Shown: positions 9,810-19,004, numbered from the stretch's first letter. The stretch is DNA of 32,000 nt from Microcystis aeruginosa NIES-843 (GCF_000010625.1 NC_010296.1:390001-422000), one strand, 5' to 3'. Notes: generated from the sequence alone by a model not told the origin. Translations and numbers: made by a program.

Positions 9810-10334
9810 ATGCTTACTCCTCTCCTCTGGCAAAGTGCCAATCCCCACCCCGATAATCTGGAGAATTTCCAAATTATTAGCCAATGGTGGCAAGATTTAA
9901 ATCTTAAGGAAGTCTTCTGGCAACAGCGTTTAATTCCCGATACTGGCTCTCTGGAAGATATTAATTGGGAGCGGCAAGGTTTTGATGAAAAATTTAGCAT
10001 CCAAATGCCTCAAATTCGGGGGATTACCCTCTATTGGCATAAATCTACTTTTGCTGACGAAAGAAGCATGACACCTAAACAATTAATTTTAGATCGGGAA
10101 CGGGAGCAATTAGACATTTATCCCCAATCCCAAGCTAGTTTAGTTATTCGGGTGACGAAACCCCGTCTGGTTTACCAAAAATTCGAGCTAAAAAACCCTC
10201 TCATGGTCGGCAAAAAAGCGGAAAGTGAATATATTTTACTGATCAGGGATAAAGAACAGCAAATAGAAGTTAAAATTAATCTCAGTCCCGAAAATTATCG
10301 CCAATTTCTAGAAACCATGACCGAGGATCAATAA
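9810..10334 (+). CDS. hypothetical protein (174 aa), translationally coupled to ureD
   Basis: ATG ORF whose TAA overlaps the ureD ATG (TAATG). No family recognised. See the finding on a possible upstream frameshift. Confidence 0.5.
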   Translation: MLTPLLWQSANPHPDNLENFQIISQWWQDLNLKEVFWQQRLIPDTGSLEDINWERQGFDEKFSIQMPQIRGITLYWHKSTFADERSMTPKQLILDREREQLDIYPQSQASLVIRVTKPRLVYQKFELKNPLMVGKKAESEYILLIRDKEQQIEVKINLSPENYRQFLETMTEDQ

Positions 10335-11146
10335 TGTGGCAGGGAAACCTAGAACTAATTTACAAGCAAAAAAATCTCGCAACCGAGATTAATCACGTCT
10401 ATGCTACCGCCCCTTTAAAAGTACAAAGACCTTTTTATCCCGAAGGAAAAAACCTTTGTCATACGGTGATTTTACACACGGCGGGGGGAATAGTTGGTGG
10501 TGATGTTCTTCAACAAAAAATTCATCTCCAAGCCGCTACTAATGCCCTGATTACCACTGCTTCTGCCGGAAAAGTTTACCAGAGTAATGGTCAGATGGCA
10601 CAGCAATTAATCGAGATTAAAATCGATGACAATGCCAGTTTAGAATGGCTACCCCAAGAAACAATTATCTTTAATGGGGCGGCATTTCGCCAACATTTAC
10701 GAGTGGATTTAGGGGAAAATAGCAGTTGGTTGGGATGGGAAATTACCCGTTTTGGTCGCAGTGCGCGAGGGGAGAAATTTTTAGCGGGAGAATGGCATTC
10801 TAATTGGGAAATTTGGCGATCTGGACAACCTTTATGGCTCGATCGATCCTGCCTGTTAGGTGGTAAAATGATCGAGGGATTTTCTGGTTTAAATGATAGC
10901 GCCCTGATCGGTACTTTAGTTTATATCGGTCAACCGGTGGGCAGAAATTTAATCGAGAAAGTGAGAGATTTTTCCCTAGAAGGAGAGAGGGGAGTTACTA
11001 ACACTTTAGGAGATGGTCTTTTGTGTCGTTATCGGGGTAATTCTAGCGGTGAAGTGCGACAATGGTTTCAGCAGGTTTGGCAAATTTTAAGGCGAGAAAT
11101 GAGCGATCAAGAGGCAATTATTCCGCGAGTTTGGTTATCTTGGTAA
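10334..11146 (+). CDS. ureD: urease accessory protein UreD
   Basis: 270 aa. The N-terminus GNLELIYKQK...YATAPLKVQRPFYPEG...VILHTAGGIVGGD is the characteristic UreD/UreH pattern. Confidence 0.88.
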   Translation: MWQGNLELIYKQKNLATEINHVYATAPLKVQRPFYPEGKNLCHTVILHTAGGIVGGDVLQQKIHLQAATNALITTASAGKVYQSNGQMAQQLIEIKIDDNASLEWLPQETIIFNGAAFRQHLRVDLGENSSWLGWEITRFGRSARGEKFLAGEWHSNWEIWRSGQPLWLDRSCLLGGKMIEGFSGLNDSALIGTLVYIGQPVGRNLIEKVRDFSLEGERGVTNTLGDGLLCRYRGNSSGEVRQWFQQVWQILRREMSDQEAIIPRVWLSW

Positions 11147-11153
11147 AGGCGGT

Positions 11154-11341
11154 CAATTAAACCTCTTGCATAATTAATTTTTGAGGGTTCAAAAACGTCA
11201 AAAATAGGGATTAAATCGCATAAAATCTGTAAATAGACCATTTAACTGATTATCATTCATTCTTAATTCTCCTGACTACTGACTACTGGCTACTGACTCC
11301 TAACCCTAACAACAATTTTTGATTTTTACAAGAGGTTAATT
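11154..11341. repeat. inverted-repeat-bounded intergenic segment (possible MITE) containing a CTGACTA heptamer STRR
   Basis: AATTAAACCTCTTGCA (11154-11169) against the reverse complement of 11327-11341 (AATTAACCTCTTGTA). An internal heptamer array sits at 11270-11310. Single copy in this window, so mobility is unproven. Confidence 0.3.
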
Positions 11342-11350
11342 ATCATTTTT

Positions 11351-12292
11351 TCAAGTCACTTGAATGCCTGTATCGGTGATTGGGGCTATCCAAAATTGTA
11401 GATCGGGAGCGACGAGAATTTCCCGGGCCTCTTTAACAATAGTTTCCGCCACTTCCTGAGATGAACAGAGAGTAAAAACCGTCGGGCCAGAGCCTGACAT
11501 CATCGTTCCCAAGCCGCCTAAATCGCCCAGAACCTGTCTTAACTCGGCTACGAGGGGAAATTCGGGTAAAACCACCTTTTCGAGGTCATTGTGGATAAAT
11601 TTGCCGATAGCGGCTGGTTTTTTCTGGGCGATCGCTTGTACCAAAGCCCCGGAACTCACCTGCTGACGGCGGTGATGAAAGTCCTCTGGAGAAGACAGAT
11701 AGGTATCCTGAAATTTTTGTCGATAGCTTTGGTAGGCCCAGGGTGTAGAAACGGATAAATGATCGTATTTGGCTAAAATCACCCATAATCCAGTGAGAGG
11801 AGCGATAGGATCGAGAATTTCTCCCCTTCCCGTACAGATAACCGTTCCTCCTGTCACACAAAAGGAAGTATCGGACCCCAATCTTGCCGCTAAAGTTTCT
11901 AATTCCGGACGGGTTAAGCCTAATTCCCAGATTAAATCGATACCGACTAACACCGCCGCCGCGTTGGTGGAACCCCCCGCTAAACCGGCAGCCACGGGAA
12001 TATATTTCTCGATGGTGATATCGATGCCGCCGTAATTGGCAAAGAGGCGGGGGAATTCCTTCGCCATCAAAGTGGCGGCCCGATGGGCGAGATTACTGCT
12101 ATCTTGGGGGACGAGGGGATGATGGCAAAAGAGACGGAATTCCTGCAATCCGTTCGGCCGGAGAGTGATGCGATCGCATAATGCCACCGTCTGCATCACC
12201 ATGACTAACTCGTGGAAACCATCAGGGCGATCGCCAACGATTTCTAGATATAAATTAATTTTAGCGGGGGCTAGAAGGGTATAACTGTGCAT
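11351..12292 (-). CDS. ispE: 4-diphosphocytidyl-2-C-methyl-D-erythritol kinase
   Basis: 313 aa. LLAPAKINLYLEIVGDRPDGFHELVMVMQTV and the GHMP kinase motif PVAAGLAGGSTNAAA. Confidence 0.93.
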   Translation of the reverse strand: MHSYTLLAPAKINLYLEIVGDRPDGFHELVMVMQTVALCDRITLRPNGLQEFRLFCHHPLVPQDSSNLAHRAATLMAKEFPRLFANYGGIDITIEKYIPVAAGLAGGSTNAAAVLVGIDLIWELGLTRPELETLAARLGSDTSFCVTGGTVICTGRGEILDPIAPLTGLWVILAKYDHLSVSTPWAYQSYRQKFQDTYLSSPEDFHHRRQQVSSGALVQAIAQKKPAAIGKFIHNDLEKVVLPEFPLVAELRQVLGDLGGLGTMMSGSGPTVFTLCSSQEVAETIVKEAREILVAPDLQFWIAPITDTGIQVT

Positions 12293-12309
12293 TTGTCAAG
12301 AAAAAAAAT

Positions 12310-13116
12310 CTAAAATTTTGGCAATTGACCTAATTTTTCCGCCAAGTCAATCCATTGCGATAAACTGAGATCTTCGGCACGAGCGAGGGGATTAATTTCT
12401 AATTGTGTCAGGATTTGGCTTAATCGATCGCTATCTAGACAATTTTTTAGATTATTGCGTAACATTTTGCGCCGGTTGGCAAAACCCCAGCTAATTAAAG
12501 TGGACAAAAAGGCAGCATTACTGACATTATTCGGCAAAACACGGGGTAAAAGCTGAATTACCGCCGAATCCACCCGGGGAGGTGGGGAAAAGGCTCGCCA
12601 GGGGACATCACAAATCCATTGACAATCGGCAAGGTATTGAATGCGGACGCTGAGAGCGCTGTAAGCTTTGGTGGAGGGGACAGCGACTAATCTTTCGGCG
12701 ACTTCTTTCTGGACCAAAAGGGTAATACTCTGGTAAGGGGGGGTGAAGGGATGGGCGATCGAACCGAGCAGCTTTTCGAGAATCGGACCGGTGATATTAT
12801 AGGGAATATTAGCCACTACTTTATTAACTGGCGGCAGTTGCTCCGGTTTAAGGCTAAGAAAGTCGCCCGGGATGAGATGAAAGTTATCTTGTTGGCCAAA
12901 TTTTTTGTTTAAAATTGTCCATAGATCTCGATCGATTTCTACAGCGACAACCAATTGAGCGCCATCGAGAAGACGACGGGTTAAAATGCCTGTACCCGGT
13001 CCGATTTCTAATACCCGATCCTCTGATTGTAAATTAGCAGCGCCGATGATGCGATCGAGTATCGATTCATCTTTTAACCAATGTTGTCCAAAACGTTTAC
13101 GCGGTTGAATTTTCAT
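12310..13116 (-). CDS. rsmA: 16S rRNA (adenine1518/1519-N6)-dimethyltransferase
   Basis: 268 aa. PRKRFGQHWLKD, SAM motif VLEIGPGTGILT, and NIPYNIT. The classic ksgA-ispE adjacency is present. Confidence 0.93.
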   Translation of the reverse strand: MKIQPRKRFGQHWLKDESILDRIIGAANLQSEDRVLEIGPGTGILTRRLLDGAQLVVAVEIDRDLWTILNKKFGQQDNFHLIPGDFLSLKPEQLPPVNKVVANIPYNITGPILEKLLGSIAHPFTPPYQSITLLVQKEVAERLVAVPSTKAYSALSVRIQYLADCQWICDVPWRAFSPPPRVDSAVIQLLPRVLPNNVSNAAFLSTLISWGFANRRKMLRNNLKNCLDSDRLSQILTQLEINPLARAEDLSLSQWIDLAEKLGQLPKF

Positions 13117-13240
13117 CCCTTTATTTTAAAGTCAGAGGGTTGTCCTCAACAATAACACCCCTGAAAATATGGGCCATGCGATCGATAACCGCATCAATTA
13201 TGATAGAGCCTAGGCAAAGATAGCAAAAAAATTAGAGACA

Positions 13241-13630
13241 ATGTCAGATTTGAACGATGTTTTCGCAATTGTAGCCGGAGCGGTTCCGGGGGCGTTATCT
13301 CGTTATCATATTACCGAATGGACAAAAGCAAAATTCGGCTTGCGCTTTCCCTATGGAACCTTTATTATTAATTTAACTGGCTGTCTAGCTATCGGCTTTT
13401 TTTGGGCTATTTTACCCAGTTTTACCTTTTATTCCCACCAACTAGATTTAATGGTGAGAACGGGATTTTTAGGAGCTTATACCACCTTTTCTACCTATAG
13501 TTTAGATATCCTGATCCTCTGGCGCAATCAACAAAATTTTCTCAGTCTTTTTTTTGCCTTTGCTAGTATAATTTTCGGATTGATTGCCGTGAGAATCGGG
13601 GCAGCTATTGCCCAAGTTTTTCTAGGTTAA
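13241..13630 (+). CDS. crcB: fluoride channel CrcB/FluC, paralog 1
   Basis: 129 aa, four TM segments, with the signature GFLGAYTTFSTYSLD. Confidence 0.9.
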   Translation: MSDLNDVFAIVAGAVPGALSRYHITEWTKAKFGLRFPYGTFIINLTGCLAIGFFWAILPSFTFYSHQLDLMVRTGFLGAYTTFSTYSLDILILWRNQQNFLSLFFAFASIIFGLIAVRIGAAIAQVFLG

Positions 13631-13735
13631 GTAGGTAGGCGTTAAAAACTATCAGATGCCCCCCTTATCAAGGGGGGATTAAGGGGGGATCGAACCTAAA
13701 ATCCATTTTTAATTTAATTATAACCAGCTACTTAA
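13627..13735. mobile_element. TTAAGT-ended MITE, short variant (copy A)
   Basis: TTAAGTAGGTAGGCGTTAAAAACTATCAGATGCCCCCCTTATCAAGGGGGG...AACCAGCTACTTAA. Both arms match copy B (21432-21575) in inverse orientation. It starts inside the crcB stop codon. Confidence 0.75.
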
Positions 13736-13775
13736 TTCTCCAATTTATTGACTATTGAAGGGCAGGAGAGACAGC

Positions 13776-14180
13776 ATGAACTTCTTCAGGGGACGTTATA
13801 GTTTATCCGTGGCGATTGGGGCTATTTTTGGGGCTTTGAGTCGTTTTTATATTGCGAAATTAGTTGAAAGTATTTTCGGTCAAGAATGGCAATTTTTGGG
13901 GACATTTTTTGTCAATATTTCTGGCTGTTTAATTATTGCTTATATCTTTACTATAGTTAGGGAAAATATTCGCATAATTGCCCCAGAATTAGGATTGATG
14001 ATTGCCACGGGTTTTTGTGGTTCCTATACAACTTTTTCCACCTATAGTTTGGAGGTTAACAAGTTTTTAGAGCAGGGAAACATGACTTTCGGTTTAATTT
14101 ACTGGTTGGGCAGTGTTCTTGGGGGGATGATGGCGCTTAAAATTGGAGTTATTTTAGCAAGAACGGGTTTTCCTAGATGA
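13776..14180 (+). CDS. crcB: fluoride channel CrcB/FluC, paralog 2
   Basis: Signature GFCGSYTTFSTYSLE. I start at ATG 13776 (GGAG at 13765-13768 upstream) rather than TTG 13755. Confidence 0.9.
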   Translation: MNFFRGRYSLSVAIGAIFGALSRFYIAKLVESIFGQEWQFLGTFFVNISGCLIIAYIFTIVRENIRIIAPELGLMIATGFCGSYTTFSTYSLEVNKFLEQGNMTFGLIYWLGSVLGGMMALKIGVILARTGFPR

Positions 14181-14313
14181 ATTATTCAATAGATTTTGCG
14201 TCTGATCCCCCCTGCCCCCTTAATAAGGTGGGTGCCGATAGGCGGGGGGATCCCCCCTTAATCCCCCCTTGATAAGGGGGGCATCTGACAACTTTTAACA
14301 CCTAACTACTTAA
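14181..14313. mobile_element. TTAAGT-ended MITE with full palindromic module (copy C, left arm truncated)
   Basis: GATCCCCCCTGCCCCCTTAATAAGGTGGGTGCCGATAGGCGGGGGGATC, then CCCCCCTTGATAAGGGGGG...AACACCTAACTACTTAA. It begins immediately after the crcB paralog 2 stop. Confidence 0.7.
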
Positions 14314-14359
14314 GCATCTCAGCACAATTGAGACTATCTTTTTCCTTTCCTACTCAGTC

Positions 14360-14579
14360 TTAATAGGTAATGTCTCCATGGGTTTGAAACCAATCGATGG
14401 CATCGGCTAAAGCTTGTCTAATCGGCGATTGCGGTAAGCCCAGTTTCTTGCACTGCCTTCGAGGAATCTTAGTATATGGACTGTTTTGACATTTTCAGGC
14501 CATCAAGGGGTATAGAGGGCGATTTTCCCGAGATTATCGCCCCGATCAAACCCGTTCCACCCGTCACAAAAGCACCCAT
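14360..14579 (-). pseudogene. remnant of an NAD-dependent epimerase/dehydratase (N-terminus fused to C-terminal tail by internal deletion)
   Basis: The minus strand from ATG 14579 reads MGAFVTGGTGLIGAIISGKS... (Rossmann GxxGxxG start) and then hits a stop. The 3' part, in another frame, reads ...LGLPQSPIRQALADAIDWFQTHGDITY*, typical of the C-terminus of such enzymes. Roughly 250 codons are missing in between. Confidence 0.5.
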
Positions 14580-15045
14580 TATTCAAACTTTCCCCTGTTT
14601 TCGCTTCCTATCAGTAACTGAAATTTAATCACCTTAACTTTATTATTACTATACCTTAATCTTAGTCAATATTTAAGCTTTTCTTGATACAATTTGGGGT
14701 CGGGTTATTTTAGACTAAGAGCAGTAAATCTTCAGTAAAAATGCTCCTATGAATCCATCTCCAGAGTCAACTTTTGTTTGTCCGATTATCATCGAAGACG
14801 ACAGAACAGGATTAGACACAGAAACTATCCGACGGGCTTTAAGGGATAATTTACTCTATATTCAAGGTAAATTACCGGAATTAGCCAGCAAAAACGATCT
14901 TTATATGGCCCTAGCCTATACAATCCGCGATCGTTTATTGCAGCGTTGGTTAACCACCCAACAAACCTATCTAAAAAAAGATGTCAGAACCGTTTGTTAT
15001 CTCTCGGCCGAATTTTTAGTCGGTCCCCATTTGGCTAATAATTTA

Positions 15046-15232
15046 GGCTCTTCGGTAATTGTTATGCAATGGACGGGGGTTATAAGGGATGGAACCCTTA
15101 TATAGAAAGGCGTTTAGCGATTTTTGTCAATTGTTTTTGATCTAAAGCGAACTCATCAATTAAGTCTTTTGCCAGATAAGGATTTAGTCAATTTATGCCC
15201 CCCTATCGAACCATACCAAGTAACGAAGAGCC
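15046..15232 (+). mobile_element. 187-bp MITE with ISL3-like terminal inverted repeats (copy 1)
   Basis: TIRs are GGCTCTTCGGTAA... and ...TAACGAAGAGCC. The 8-bp TSD ATAATTTA lies at 15038-15045 and 15233-15240. No ORF. About 85% identical to the inverted copy at 30617-30802. Confidence 0.88.
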
Positions 15233-16350
15233 ATAATTTAATTAATCTCGGTATCTACGAACAGGTCGAGAAAGCTGTCAGCGAATCGGGATTAAAACTA
15301 GAAGAATTAATTGCCCAGGAAGAAGAACCGGGGTTAGGAAATGGTGGTTTAGGTCGTTTAGCTGCCTGTTATCTCGATTCCCTTTCTACCCTAGAAATTC
15401 CGGCTATTGGTTACGGTATTCGCTACGAATTTGGTATCTTTGATCAAGAAATTCACGACGGTTGGCAGGTGGAAATAACCGATAAGTGGTTACAGTATGG
15501 AAATCCCTGGGAAATTGCCCGACCGGAAGCGGGAGTAGAGGTAAAATTTGGCGGTTATACCGAATCCTATACCGACGAAAATGGTAATTATCGCAGTCGT
15601 TGGATTCCCGATTATGTAGTCAAAGGAATTCCCTACGATACCCCAATTCTCGGCTATCGAGTTAACACCGCTAATACCATGCGTCTATGGAAGTCAGAAG
15701 CTTGTGAATCTTTTGATTTTGGACGCTTTAATCGCGGCGATTATTATGGTGCGGTGGATAATAAAGTTCACTCGGAAAATATCAGTAAAGTTCTCTATCC
15801 TAACGATGAACCAATTCAAGGCAAAGAACTGCGTTTAGAACAGCAATATTTCTTTGTTTCCTGTTCCCTACAGGATCTGATTCGTATTCACTTACATGAG
15901 AACCCCAGTCTCGATAATTTTCATCAAAAATGGTCAGTACAATTGAATGATACTCACCCTTCCGTCGGGGTAGCCGAGTTAATGCGCTTGTTAATTGACG
16001 TGCATCATTTCGATTGGGATAAAGCTTGGTTTATTACTCAAAATACCTTCGCCTATACTAATCATACTCTTTTGCCAGAAGCTTTAGAAAAATGGCCTTT
16101 GAGTATTTTTGGTCGTCTTTTACCGCGATTAATGGAAATTATCTACGAAATTAACCATCGTTTCTTGGATAAAATTCGCATTATTTATCCCCATGATGAC
16201 GGCAAAATGTCCCGTTTGTCTATAATCGATGAAAGTGGCGAAAAATACGTCCGTATGGCTCACCTCGCCTGTGTGGGTTCCCAGGCAATTAACGGGGTGG
16301 CAGCCCTGCATACAGAATTACTGAAAAAAGATGTTCTGCGCGATTTCTAT

Positions 16351-17713
16351 TGGGACTTAAACAAATTTCAAGCCCAAACAAAGCCTAAACTGGCTTTGTA
16401 AGCGGCAAACACATCCCGATTCTCGGTCAGCCACTCAAAGAAACGGAAAGACATCGCTGTCCGAAAAGCTTCCAAGGCTTCCACAAAAGTGTTTAAAGGT
16501 CGATTCGCCCACTGCCTTTGCAATCCCCCAGTTAACTTATGCCACAGGATAAATGTATAGGCACAAAACACCAGGATAAAATGACGAAGTAAGCTTCGTT
16601 TATCCCTGACTTGATATTCCCTTAACCCTAACCATCCTTTGGCTTCTCGGTAGAATACTTCCACCCAATTTCTTTCGGTGTAAGTCCTCACTATCCACGA
16701 AGCTGTTACTGTATCTGCCTCAACTACATTGGTGATGAAATAGTCCACCTCTGTGGCTTTTTCCATTGAACTTGCATTCATGACGATCGCCAAGTTCCTT
16801 TCTCCTTCTAGTTGAGATATTTTCGCTCTGAATACCGCTACCCAAACCGTTTTTTCTTTATCTAGATTTAGGGTGATTTTCTCCCAATCCTTTTCTGATA
16901 GGCTTTTTGCTAGTTGCTCAAGCTGGATTGTTTCTTCCACACCCCCTTCTTTTTCAATAATTACTTTTCGATTTTTTGCCAATCCTCCTAAGTATTTTAG
17001 CTTTCTTTCTTCCAGGGCTTTGAGAAAATTTGTGTTGTTGCCATAACCAGCATCTATTAAGACGATTTTCGGTCGATAGCCTCTGGTTAAGCTCCGGTCA
17101 ATTAAATCTATCGCTATCTCTGGTTTCTTCTTAAATTCTTTGTCTTCTTTCCCCTCGGCTAAGGAACTAGCCGGTTGATAAATTTCAATGTCTAGGGGGA
17201 CACTTTTTTTGCCGTCGTAGAGATGGGTAGTGACGGCGACTATTCCGTTGTCTGTCTTGCCAATTTCTCCTAGGTACTGCCTGCCAACTCCGGCGGTCAG
17301 ATTGCCACTTTTTCGATGTCCTGAGTCATCGACAATCAGGGAAAATCCTCGGGGGATTTGCGTCTGGCGGCATTGGTTCATCACTTGCAACCGACATTCA
17401 TTCACCTGACGGTCTGACCAGGGAGATTCGGTCAAAAAGTGATGTAATCGGTTATAAACTACTCCGACGGCATTATTGGCAATTTGAGTGAGGTTTTTCC
17501 TCTCACTTTCCCCTAATAATCCTCCTAAATATTGTCTGAAGCCGTTTTTTTGCGCTTCGTTTTTGAAGCAATTGTCAAACCGCCGACACCATCGGTCAAA
17601 GCATGGGGGCATCGCGGCTGGGGTTGTCTCTTTCATCGCTGATCTTTCAACGTAAAGTGCTTACTCTTTAACGATTATACTCGATTTGATCTTTATTTGG
17701 CGTTTAAGTCCCA
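16351..17713 (-). mobile_element. IS701-family-like insertion sequence (1363 bp), complete
   Basis: TIRs are TGGGACTTAAAC (16351-16362) and its complement (17702-17713). The 4-bp TSD CTAT lies at 16347-16350 and 17714-17717. It holds a single transposase ORF. Confidence 0.9.
16368..17636 (-). CDS. DDE transposase (IS701-like, IS4 superfamily)
   Basis: 422 aa. The N-terminus F..W..RF...F......GFRQYLGGLLGESERKNLTQIA is typical of IS701-family transposases as I remember them. DDE candidates: VDDSGHRK, VLIDAGYGN, YTERNWVEVFYREAK. Confidence 0.85.
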   Translation of the reverse strand: MKETTPAAMPPCFDRWCRRFDNCFKNEAQKNGFRQYLGGLLGESERKNLTQIANNAVGVVYNRLHHFLTESPWSDRQVNECRLQVMNQCRQTQIPRGFSLIVDDSGHRKSGNLTAGVGRQYLGEIGKTDNGIVAVTTHLYDGKKSVPLDIEIYQPASSLAEGKEDKEFKKKPEIAIDLIDRSLTRGYRPKIVLIDAGYGNNTNFLKALEERKLKYLGGLAKNRKVIIEKEGGVEETIQLEQLAKSLSEKDWEKITLNLDKEKTVWVAVFRAKISQLEGERNLAIVMNASSMEKATEVDYFITNVVEADTVTASWIVRTYTERNWVEVFYREAKGWLGLREYQVRDKRSLLRHFILVFCAYTFILWHKLTGGLQRQWANRPLNTFVEALEAFRTAMSFRFFEWLTENRDVFAAYKASLGFVWA

Positions 17714-18855
17714 CTATGAACTCTTTCCCGAAAAGTTTAGCAACAAAACCAATGGGGTTACTCCCCGGCGCTGGATAGTTTCTAGTAATCCCCGCTTAAC
17801 TTTTGCAATTACCGAAAAAATCGGCGAAAATTGGATTAAACATCTGGAGGATTTACGCGGTTTAGAAAACTATGTGGATGATGGAGTATTTCGGGACTAT
17901 TGGCGACGAATTAAATACGATATTAAGGCAGATTTAGCCAATTATATCGATAAAAAAGTCGGCATTAAAGTTGATCCTAGTACCCTCTTTGATGTGCAGG
18001 TAAAACGCATTCATGAATATAAACGACAACACCTCAACGTTTTACACATCGTTACTCTCTATCATCGTCTCAAAAATAACCCCAATCTCGATATTACCCC
18101 CCGTACCTTTATTTTTGGTGGTAAGGCAGCCCCGGGTTATTTTATGGCGAAATTAATCATTAAATTGATTAATTCTGTGGCGGAAGTGATTGATAATGAT
18201 CCGACGATTGGAGGACGTTTAAAAGTGGTTTTCCTCCCCGATTATAATGTCACCTTCGGTCAACGGGTTTATCCAGCTGCCGACTTGTCCGAACAAATTT
18301 CCACCGCCGGGAAAGAAGCTTCGGGAACTGGTAATATGAAATTCTCTATGAATGGGGCCTTAACTATCGGTACTCTCGATGGGGCAAATATCGAAATTCG
18401 TGAAGAGGTGGGGGCGGAAAATTTCTTTCTTTTTGGCTTGACAACCGAGGAGGTTTATGCTAAGAAAGCCGCCGGTTATAATCCCCAAGAATACTATTAC
18501 CATAACGAAGAATTGCGGGCAGTATTAGACCTCATTGGTTCGGGATTTTTTAGCCGGGGTGATAGTAGTTTATTCCGCCCGCTTGTGGATAATCTTATCT
18601 ACAATGATCCCTATATGTTACTGGCCGATTATCAATCCTATATCGACTGTCAGGAAGGAGTCGGTCACGCTTATAAAGATCAAGAACATTGGAGTCGTTT
18701 AGCGATTCTTAATGTGGCCCGCATGGGAAAATTCTCTAGCGATCGCTCGATTCGGGAATACTGCGAGAAAATCTGGCGGGTACAACCGGTAAAGATTGAA
18801 TTACCCGATTATACTCAAGCTAATGCCGGTTTATCGGTAAATTAGAACCAATCTA

Positions 18856-18888
18856 GGCAGTAGGATCCTGTTCATTTATCCTACTGCC
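18856..18888 (+). terminator. stem-loop downstream of glgP (possible terminator, no U-tract)
   Basis: GGCAGTAGGAT (18856-18866) pairs perfectly with ATCCTACTGCC (18878-18888) across an 11-nt loop, 11 nt after the glgP stop. Confidence 0.35.
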
Positions 18889-18930
18889 CACAGGTTAACT
18901 GGCCCTGGGCGACTCTAACCTAAATTTCTA

Positions 18931-19004
18931 CGGGATTGACGGGGCTCGAACCCGCAACTTCCGCCGTGACAGGGCGGTGCTCTAACCAATTGAACTACAA
19001 TCCC
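18931..19004 (-). tRNA. tRNA-Asp (anticodon GUC)
   Basis: Folded manually as a cloverleaf. Acceptor GGGATTG/CAATCCC, D arm GTTC/GAGC, anticodon stem CCGCC/GGCGG with loop CUGUCAC, T arm GCGGG-TTCGAGC-CCCGT, discriminator G. CCA is not encoded. Confidence 0.92.

Larger units (their letters stand above)
14749..18845 (+). pseudogene. glgP: glycogen phosphorylase, interrupted by a MITE and an IS element
   Basis: Three collinear ORF pieces (14749-15045, 15241-16350, 17718-18845) carry phosphorylase motifs (EEPGLGNGGLGRLAAC; TNHTLLPEALE; KRIHEYKRQ; [16 protein letters not shown]). Removing each insert plus one TSD copy restores one 844-codon frame. Confidence 0.92.

Noticed and set aside
9755-10000. 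81-aa minus-strand ORF overlapping the start of the 9810 gene
   Set aside because: It overlaps a plus-strand ORF that is translationally coupled to ureD. Its composition (Cys/Arg/Ser/Trp-rich) looks non-coding.
11586-12035. ORFs 11586-11861 (minus strand) and 11769-12035 (plus strand) within ispE
   Set aside because: These are alternative-frame and antisense ORFs within a confidently identified gene.
13117-13240. Expected fluoride (crcB motif) riboswitch upstream of the first crcB gene
   Set aside because: I could not find the conserved GGnGAUG...AAACnGCC...CUGAUGnnnCCU core or its pseudoknot pairing. There are only loose resemblances (AACCGC, UGAUAGAGCCUA). A covariance-model scan would be needed, so I make no call.
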